Part shown: positions 54,281 to 64,000 of the stretch, one piece after another
Position numbering within the stretch: position 1 is the first letter of the stretch
Layout: the number at the start of each line of letters is the position of its first letter
Source of the DNA: the human T2T-CHM13v2.0 reference genome, Homo sapiens
DNA: 64,000 nucleotides
Direction: 5' to 3' (one strand)
Assembly: GCF_009914755.1 (NCBI RefSeq)
Contig: NC_060934.1
The notes under the pieces: model-generated
What the model was told of the DNA's origin: nothing
Seen by the model: the letters and a program-made list of their open reading frames with translations, nothing else
Databases searched by the model: none
Position numbers and translations under genes: made by a program

Positions 54281-56992
54281 AGAACACAATCACCACGTTA
54301 AGTCAAGTCTCAACATTCTTGGTGCCAGAGATACTGAAATCTGTCTTGCTTGCAGGGGGTTTCCGATAGCTATCAAAATGTTGTTAACACTAATTCAAAG
54401 CACAGCACCTCCTGATTCACGGAGGGGCTGGGCTCAAAAGTTTTCTGGGTTCCACAGTAGCAGAGCATAACAGAAAAACACAGTGACCAGCACAAAAACC
54501 CCTGTATCTGATCATACTCACACCTCCTCAGGAACCTGAAAACACTCATCAGAGTTTCTGTGGGCGGGAGGGTGGCCAGCAGCCCTCTCACACCCAATCA
54601 TGGGAAAACTGAGAGCCCAGGGCCCTGCCCTAACAGCTTTGTTTTCTGTGTTCTGCTTTTAGGAGGAAGAGTCTTGCTGCAGTCAGGGCCTGATGTGAGG
54701 CGGGCAGCACTTGCAGGGCCGGCCCTGGGCCAGGCAGAGCCTGGACAGCCCAGGCCTCTGCAGGAACCCCAGTGGGACAGGGAGGGCCAAGGTCCTGGGA
54801 GCCTCCACAGAGAGCAAAATGGGTCAATGGGAAGATTATATACACATGTGACGCTGCGCTCCTTAGAACAGACTTTTACTCAGAAACAAAAAGTATTTCT
54901 AGGTGACTGTAGTTGAACCGGCAAATCTCATGTACTCCCTGTGTTGTGCTTCTCTCTGGGCATTATTTCCTCCCGGTATCAGTCTCGTCCCAAGTCCAAC
55001 ACGCACTAGGCTGGCTGTGCTAGGGACTGAGGGAAGAAGGCAGGTGATACATAACTAAGTTCACGCAAACAGCAAGTGTTCAATTAGGTTTCCCACAAGG
55101 CATAGTGTGTCATACGATAATAAATCCACAAGGGCAGAGAAGTGAGCCTGGAATTCCAAGTAGGGAGGTAAAGATCTGGGGAGATTTCCTAGAGGAAGCG
55201 GCATGAGTGTTGGGCAGGAGTTCAATGCCAGAGATGGGGTGAGGGTATTCTATTAGGATGCTGCTAAATGACATGTCTGACACTCCAGCAAGCTAGGGGG
55301 ACGGGGCTGGGAGTGGAGGGCCCCTTCCCAGCTTTTGGTGGAAGGAGCCTCAGGATGCCCAGACAGGTCAGCTGCCACAACATCGGCCAGTGCCAGCGCC
55401 AGCGCCCTCACAAGGCCCAGGCAGGGGGAGCTCTGCGCACCGGACAGCCACAAGCCGCCACCCTGCTCTCTGCCTCCCATCACTCTGCTTCTCTCCACCT
55501 CTCAGAGGTCTGCCCTCCCAGAGCTGTCCTGCCTGAATAGCAGGCAAACAAGCTGAGCTATGGGGGCGGGGTAGGGGGGCACAGGCTGGTGGTTTACTCA
55601 GCTGAACAAAGCCAGGTGACCCAGGGGATTCTAAGAGGTCGTCCCAAACCTCCCTCTTTTGTAAATGGCAGCATAAAGGTAGGAAGCTGCAAAACGGTTA
55701 TTTCCATCCCCCAATATACCAACAGCCCCAGCCGTGACCCAAGCAGCTCGCCCAGAATGCCCACAGACAATACAGTAATTGTGTTCTCCCTTGGGGAATG
55801 GGAGTGGCCACACACAGCCCCATACGAGAATGTCACGATCATCTCAGACTCCCGAGTTACAAATATGTGATCAAGGCATGTGCTGGGCACGCGCTTCCCA
55901 CGTGTTTTCGTGGATATGAAAGCACAAGGGCCAATGTGCCCAGCTGCTGGGGGCTGGGAGCTGCAGAAGGCAGAGTACTGGGACAAGGAGAAAACCACAC
56001 AGAAACGCTCCATTCAAAGCCATGACTGAGTTAGTGTCCCCTTGTTTCTGAGGAGCGAGAGTAGAAGGGGGAACACTCCTTGACAAAACAAAACTGTGAG
56101 GAAAACTTCAAGGCCAGGCAAAGCCAAAGCCTGCCCGTCACCTCCCAGTGACTACATCTGGAGCTAAAGACACAAGACCCAGCAGTGATTTCAGGTTCAC
56201 TCTGGACAACTAAAACCACCAAATGAGAGGAAACCACCACTAAGCACTTAGATGTGAGCATGGCTGACTGTATGGACTTCAACGCACCATTTCCTGGCTC
56301 TGCACCTGCTTCCCCAGATGGGTCCCAGGGTCTCTCACCTCCAGCAGCCCCGGCTGGGCTCAGGTGTCATCAGGGAAGGGAAAGAAAGGGTACAGCAGTT
56401 GATTCTGGACATGGTTAAGCACTCTATTTCCCACCACTGCACGGAGACACTGATTTCAGGGCACCTGAAACAAAGGGCGCCCAGCCTTGGACTGACGGCA
56501 GTGAGTGGGAAGCTTCATGAAGCATTCCCGAGTACAGGGTAACCTGCTGTGTCCATGACAGCTCTGTCAGCTCGACCCAAATGCGGCCTGTCTTTGGTGA
56601 GAACGGGTAAAATCAACCTATCTGGGAAACCAAAAGCTCAAAACTCAAAATCGCCAAGGCTGCCTCCGTTAGTATCTGGGTTCCAGGTGGAGGGTGGAAA
56701 CCGAGATGGACAGTGGATGGTGTGTGTTAGTGATAGAATTACCTAAAGGTAGGAAATAAATGTGTCTCCAACTATCACGGTGAGAGTGTGAGGACAGCTT
56801 CCATGAAGATGGCTGAACGGAAAACAAAACATCTCCGGGAATCTAGTCTCAAGTTTCCCAGAAAATAAGATGCAGTGGGAAAATGAAAGGAAAGACGAGC
56901 CTCATATGCCAGGCAGCCAAGACCCACACAGGCCAACCCACATCCTTGCTGGGGGGAACACTGGGGTACCTGGCACCTGCTTCAGCAATGTG

Positions 56993-57165
56993 CACTGGTT
57001 CTCCAAGCGTGGACCCGGATCAGTAGAGAATTGCCTGAGAACTCATTAGGAAGGCAAAGTTTCAGTCCCCGACCCCAGACAAACTGCATGAGGGTGGGAC
57101 CCAGCAGCTGTGTCTAGTAAGCCCTCCAGGTTGAGTCCGGTGGTTCCTAAAGTTTGAAAAACACA
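56993..57165. mobile_element. MER5A-like hAT-Charlie DNA transposon
   Basis: cactggttctccaagcgtgg...gggtgggacccagcagctgtg...aagccctccagg...aaagtttgaaaaacac. Confidence 0.7.
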
Positions 57166-58020
57166 TTTTTAGTGGATTTGGTACCTAGAACCCTAGTAAC
57201 TGGGAGGACAATTTTGCACATGAGAAAATCAGGATCCATAAAAGTTGAGTTTCTTGCAAAAGCCATGAGGTCAGAATTGGATGGGTGGCCTACTACCCAC
57301 CCCCAGCATGTCCTCTGGCCAGGCCCTGGAAATCTAAATCTAGGTCAAGATGATCCTTGGCCTTCAGGAGCTCCAACAGTCCCTAGAATGCACTGAAGGA
57401 GAACAGTGGCATCGTCAGAGCCTTGGCCTAGCAGAATCAGAGGCTGAACCAACCACCCAGGTGCACAATGCCCTGACCAGTAGGTGAGAAAGAGGCAGAT
57501 GAGGATGCCATGTTTCTGCTGCAAAGGAAAGGCATGGGAAGGGCTTTCAGGCAATGGATTGACAAGCTACATTTCTCAAATTCAGCAAACCATTTGGAAT
57601 GACACTAAGAATCCCAAAGGTTGACTATGCGGTGAAATACGTGTGAGAATCAGAAGGAAACAAAAAGTCACAGAACAGCTGCCATACGAAGAGATAAAAA
57701 CAGGGTTGAGTGAAAAAGATAAATGATAGGAGGGATTGCTATTAGATATTTGAAGAAATACGAAGAGAACACCTCAATTCTTTGAAAAATACTAATTACC
57801 ATCTGGCAAATCTTTGCTTTACTTCTACTTGCTGTATTGAGTCTCTGTCAAAAGAAAGAGCTGAGATACATGTTTCATCTACCCTAAGAAATTTCCGTCT
57901 AACACCAGAAGTTATCTACTTGGTACACAGCAGCTAGGCTGCCTGTCATGAGAATTTAAAAATTACATCTTTATTTGTAAAAATTCCCTTGCAATATCTA
58001 TTAAAATCCAGAAGGCACTT

Positions 58021-58290
<270 letters not shown>

Positions 58291-61200
58291 GGAAGGCACT
58301 TGTAGATAAGAAGATTACACTAGGTGAAGCACCTGAGTGATTGTGGGGGGGGGGGTGCGGGGGTACAAAATGAATCCCCAGGTCACCCAGTATCACAGGG
58401 CCATTCACAGGGTAGAAGGGCCCCTGGCCTGAGACTAGCTTCCAAGATTTAAGGGACATATTTGTACTTTCAGAGTTTTTATTAGTGCCCGGAGTACTGG
58501 CTTATCTTTGCAAGTTTACTAGCAGGTGGAACACGAGGTAGCAGGATTATGATGGCAATGACCTTGAGCACTGCAAACATCCTGGGCATTTCTACTAGTC
58601 ACTGCCATTCACCATCGTTCTCCCTGTGCCAATAACCTGGAGAGCCAGAAAATCTGAATCTGCCTTCCCAATGTCTTATCCACTCCAGGGATCTCAAACT
58701 CAAATGCCTTCCAGGGCCAAGCAGGAAACACAAATGAGAGAAGCATGCTGCATAGGAACCGAGATGATGTGCAGAGAACATGCCTGGCCCACCGTGGACG
58801 GCTCTGGCTACAGCTAACTGTGGTGGGCTGTTTGGGAAAGAAGATCCAGGCTACTATTAAAATTTACCTCCTGACTTGTTAAGAGAAACTGAAAGTCAGG
58901 ACTTCTTTGCACAATCTCCTTTTTATGTTCCCAAGAAATTTAAAAACTTGTAAAGCATCATATGAGACAAACAAATCATGTCTGAGGACCACATCTGGCC
59001 CCCAGACCCAGACCACCAGAGTGCAAACTCCAGTCTAAATGATGCTGACGATTCAGACCCCTGAAAACACTCAAACGACTAAGTTTCATCTTGGTTTGAA
59101 GATCTCCATGGACTCGCTTGGCTTCGCGATCCAGTCACACATTCTCATCGGCACCACTCCCTGGCTCACTCGGTGAGTTAGCTGGAGGCCTGAAAATGCC
59201 TAGACAGCTCAGACTGTGTGAAATTCCATGCACAACAAAGCAGACCCATACAACTCCCAATCACAGACAGGAGAGGCCTGCCTTCCCACCCATGGACTTG
59301 GAGAGACAGTTGATCTGGTTCGTTCACTCAGCCTGGCCCCATGGGAGGCTGTGGCACCCATTCTATGGAGGAAACCGTGGCATTATCTGAAGTACAGCAG
59401 AGCCTGGGGTCTGCCCTGCCCCCACCAGGAGAGCTCCCTTCTGGCCTCGCCCACGAGGTGGGGTAGGGAAAGAGTTTCCATGCCAAATACTTCTAACACA
59501 CGCAAGTAAACCCAGCAGATGGAAGAGACAATTCTGGATCCCTGACGCCTCCAGACTGCTGGCTTTGGTTGGGTCATCATGAAGAGAACAGCTGCTTCCT
59601 CAATCACGACTACCGCACAGAACAGAGGATTCTGTTTTGATGACTTCTATGCAAGATATAGAAACAAGAGGGGAGTTTCCTGCCTTTTATTTCAAAATAG
59701 CCCAGGACAAACGAAGACTTCTTGTACCATAACAACACATTCAAAGGGAAAGCTTGATGGAGTTGGTTTTCTTAAATGTCACCCCACAGTGAGCAACCTA
59801 CTTCTCTGCCCACAGGCAGTGATAAAAATGTCATCAGGGAACCCATGCAGAGGAGCAAGAGATTTCTCTTTGAAACAGCAACATGTGCACAATTGGGGAC
59901 AAAACTAGGTGGTGAGGAGAAACTGGCTTTGGAGCAGAGGGACCTGGATTTTCAAGCCAGGCTCTAGCCCATCACAAGCCACACTCTCTCAGGGACATGG
60001 CTGAAGCTCAGCTCCTGCCCAGCGGGGCTAGTCACCCCCAGCTGGCTGTGCAATGAGCAGACGATGAGAGAACATATGCAGAGTGCTTGGCACACAGTAG
60101 GTGCTCAGAAAACGCCAGCACTCTAAAAACAGATAATTTCCATTATAAAGGTATTTGTGCCCGGGTTCTTTTGGGCACATGCAATTAGTCTCCCTGAGGG
60201 CTGGGACAGCAGTGAGAAACTTAGGGCAGAGCCTAATCTCGAATGATCTCACCCCTCCACTGGCTGAAGAAGGAAGACACAGGACACCATTCCAGGAGTG
60301 GCTGGCTAGAGGCAAGCACAGTGTCAAAGGTGGCAGTGGGATGGGAGGGGGACACGTAATCAAGGCTGGCCTTTCAAGGCTATTCTTTTCCCTTTTAAAG
60401 CATGTGGGGAAAAAATTTTCCACGTACGACCTCTTAAACACAACTTCCTCCTTACCAGGCACTTCCTTCATGCAACTATTCTAGAGCTAAGTTCATCAGG
60501 CTTACTTATCTGGTTTTCTTCTTTTTTCACTCTTGCCCAAGGTCCTGAAAAGTCCTCCTGGTATGTCATTCTTGCATTTTATAAAGGTTTCCATCCTGAT
60601 TACAGAGGGAGTGGGCATTGTTTAAGGTGTGAAGATTTGTGCAGACTGTAACCATGTAAACCAAACATGGAAAAGCCAGCCATTCCTAACAGGAGCAATG
60701 GACTGGACTCCTGACTGTACAATGCATTTCAGAGACTCCAATGTAGACAGCGTGGACTACAACCAGCCACACAGCTCTTCTCCACACTCAGAGTCTATCA
60801 GCATGCACAAATGTGGGGGAGATGGGTCCAGCACTGATGCATTTATGCCTGGGTCTGATGAACTGGAGATCTACGCCCTCCATATTTGCCTTCACCCCTC
60901 AGAATGACTCTGCCCCTAGTTAGCTTCCAAAGAGATTCCTATTCAGAGCATTTATGGACCAAGCAAGACAAGAGCTACAGTTCAGCCCAATTCCAAGCTA
61001 CTCAACACACGGCATCAGTGTTGGCAGTGGACAGCATTTTAAGGAGTAAGTCACGTGATACTAGCTAGCTGAGGTACCTGGAACTCACCTTCCTTCCTCA
61101 TGCCACACAGTAGCCATCATTTTGAATGAATGAAGTAGTTCTTTATCTGATGCCCATGGAAAACATGGTCATTTCATCAGACCATGTATTTCCCATTCCA

Positions 61201-61668
61201 GCATGGTAGGAACAATGGTATAATCCATCAGGCCCAAATGGCCCAGAACAGAACAGGTATGAATACATAAAAATGGGATTTCTGCAGGACCCAGCATGCA
61301 AACACACATGGGGCACTGGACATGGCAGAGTTGATGAGGCCAACGGCCCCAGTGAACCAGGAGCTGAGGTTACAGGCTGCAGAGGGGCATGGTGGGGGCC
61401 TGCCAATGGTCATAGGATTTAGGGACAGCCTCTTCACTCCAGGCCCAGGTTCCCTCTGCCACAGCAGACATTTCTCCATCACTTCAGAGTCAACAAACTA
61501 ATTTTCAATTCTGTGTTTTGGGAGCAGGAAGGTCCAGTGTCTTTTCTTTCAGCAGAATACCTCCTCTGCACTTTTGGTTCTCCCAGATTTGGATTCTCCC
61601 CACACTGGGACACAGTCTCGTGTGCTCCTACCTGATGGAACACTCTGCAATGACAGCAACGTTCTGGG

Positions 61669-61820
61669 TCTGTGCTGTCCAACGTGAGAGGTGACCACCG
61701 CATGCAGCTATTAAGCATGTGACACGTGGCTAGTGCAACCAAAGAACTGAAGTCTTCGTTTCATTTAGATTTAATTTAAATTGCCACATGAGGCTACAGC
61801 TAACATACTGAACAGCCCAG
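61669..61820. mobile_element. MER3/MER33-like DNA transposon
   Basis: ctgtgctgtccaa...gtggctagtgcaaccaaagaactgaa...ttaatttaaattgccacatgaggcta...actgaacagc. Confidence 0.75.
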
Positions 61821-61849
61821 GTCCGGAGTGCAGAGTATTCATGTGGAGA

Positions 61850-62062
61850 AGAGGTCAGCACATTTTTTTTTCTGTAAAGGGCCAGGCAATAAATATTTTA
61901 GGCTTTGTAGACCCTGTGGTCTATAAATTCTGCTGCTGTGGTGTGAAGGTAGCCACAGACATTACCTACACAAACGGATGTGGCTGTGTCCCAATAAAAC
62001 TTTATTTACAAATGTAGGCAGTGGGCCAGATTTAGTCACCAGGCTATAGTTTGCCAATCCTA
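61850..62062. mobile_element. MER58A-like DNA transposon
   Basis: ttttctgtaaagggccagg...taaatattttaggctttg...tggctgtgtcccaataaaactttatttacaa...gggccagattt...tagtttgcc. Confidence 0.85.
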
Positions 62063-62064
62063 AA

Positions 62065-62430
62065 GTTGGGAGTTCAAACGCCAGAACTACTGCCCATGAG
62101 CTAAATGACCTTGGGCACTTTACCTCACAGAACCCTATATTCTTCATCTATAAAAAGGGAATAATAACAGCACTCACTTCTCAGGGTGGTTATATGAATT
62201 AACGGCGAAGCCTAACGCACAGTGGCATTCAAAAAGTACTTGTTGGGTGAATGAAAACGGGAAAGAACTGGGTGCTTGGACTTGCACTATCCTGTTTATT
62301 CCTCCTGCTCTGTTAAGTAGGCACTATTATTCCCAGTCCACAGATGAGAAAATCACAGCTCAGAGAAGTGAAGTGGCTGAACCGAAGTCAAAAGCCATCA
62401 AGTGGCAGCACTAGAACCCAGGGATCCTTT
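62065..62430. mobile_element. MIR (+, about 62065-62250) and MIR (-, about 62320-62430)
   Basis: tgaccttgggcac...cttcatctataaaaagggaataataacagcac; cagatgagaaaatcacagctcagagaagtgaagtgg. Confidence 0.7.
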
Positions 62431-63587
62431 TCACTGGTTCTGTGCCCTACTCTTTCTTCTCTCAGGCTTTTCTAACTGACATCAGCCCTACCCAACATTC
62501 TGCCCAACTGTCTGGGCTCATCTGTACTGCCTTGTACTATAAGAGGCTCCATTTATAAAGGAAATTATTAAGACACACAAAATCAACCTTTTTTTTTTTT
62601 TTAAGGAATCTAAGACGTTGAGCTCTACTAGTTCCTGTTCCAGACACTGTTCTGGAGCCCATCCCACCACCTACTGGTGGGGTTCCACTTCACTGGAACA
62701 CCTCTCACAAGGCGGCTCCCTTCTAGCGTGCGGGATTCCAGTGAGGTGTGGCATGCTAGACTGCCACATGAAGTTTTGGCTGTGGCCCTTCCCCGCATCA
62801 CCTCCAAAACTGTAAAATGCTTCCCCGACCTTGGAGACGGGGACCAGAGAGATGCTCCCTGCAGTTCTTCCCAGAGGTGTGGGGGCCTTCACATGGGCTG
62901 ACGCAGCTCAAACATGAACTGAACGATGGCTTGTTTCTTCCTGCATTTGGCATGAAGACCCAGCTCCCTCCCAAGTCTTCTCCCTATCTCCTCCTGCCTA
63001 TCTCCTCCTCCATGTCTGCCAGGATCAGCCCTGAGCAGAGGAGAGGGCAACCTGGGATTGCTGTCTTCTCTTCCAGGGCCCTAAGACACCAGTGGCTGTG
63101 ACCACCATGCTGGCTCCAGTAGCAATCAGGGGGTAGGACAAAAATTGAGCCAAAGCTAAATCAGAGATGAGCAGCCAGCCACACAGGGAACAAGTGCCTG
63201 GGCTCCAGCTCTCGCCTGTGCCTACACTCAGGGCTAAAAATTCAGCCCTGTCTCCAACAGCGCCCAAAGCCTGGCCAGGCCAATGGCTGCCTCCCATAAG
63301 GGATTCTACCCTGGTTCCCCCAGGTTCCACTATCCACCCAGAAACCGGGCAGGATCAGCCACGCTCAGTCGTCGTCTTACAAGTGCAGGGGAAGGGCTTG
63401 GCCAGGCAGGAAGCTGGCAGACCCAGGGAGCTCCTCAGGTGAGCAGACGGACACCACCCTGGCCACGCTCCTCCATGGCAGAGGAGCACGCCACCACGCC
63501 ATGTCTCAGAACAATGACTTCCTGAAATCATGTGTAACATATAAGGACTCACCTGAACCTCACACATGCTTTTAAAAATTGTTTTTT

Positions 63588-63855
63588 GGCCAGGGGCAGT
63601 GGCTCACACCTGTAATCCCAGCACTTTGGGAGGCCCAGGCGGGGGCATCACCTGAGGTCCGGAGTTCAAGACCAGTCTGGCCAACATGGTGAAACCCCGT
63701 CTCTACTAAAAATACAAAAATTAGCTGGGCATAGTGGCACACGCCCATAGTCCCAGCTACTTGGGAGGCTGAGGTTGCACTGAGCAGAGATCACGCCACT
63801 GCTGCACTCCAGCCTGGGTGACAGAGTGAGACTCCATCACAAAAAAAAAAAAAAA
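63588..63855 (+). mobile_element. AluS with a right-arm internal deletion
   Basis: ggccaggggcagtggctcacacc...gggaggctgagg joined directly to ttgcactgagc (the segment between the two GAGG repeats is missing); poly-A tail. Confidence 0.93.
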
Positions 63856-64000
63856 TCTTTTTTTCCCCAAAGCAAGTTAGAACTCATTTACCTGTGGACT
63901 ATCACGTACTCTCCTGAGCCCAAGGTGTCTGATCTCCTCTCTGCTCCTACTTCTGGTCATAACGCTCTTTCACTCCAGTTTGCTGCTCAACTTTTGGCCT

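Overview
Human (primate) genomic DNA, entirely inside the minus-strand gene FAM53B (simplet homologue; human 10q26 from recall). Three exons can be rebuilt from the sequence with canonical AG/GT boundaries. Exon 2 is 37646-37897 (174 nt 5'UTR plus 78 nt CDS), exon 3 is 27162-27216 (55 nt) and exon 4 is 12609-13381 (773 nt). Spliced together they encode aa 1-302 (MVMVLSESLS...DLAKMAQ). The first exon and the last coding exon lie outside the window. The rest is intron, dense in Alu, MIR, L2, old L1, MER DNA transposons and one MST LTR, plus an 18-bp VNTR and two short tandem duplications. Nearly all other ORFs in the track are noise or Alu-derived. The most interesting signals are the circular-RNA coding logic of the exons. 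The exon-4 circle gives a 219-aa protein with a frameshifted 39-aa tail, the exon 3-4 circle is a stop-free infinite ORF, and the exon 2-4 circle gives a 318-aa isoform. Other notable points are two uORFs and an internal 5' splice site in exon 2, possible decayed RTE-type LINE remnants, and candidate antisense and cryptic exons.
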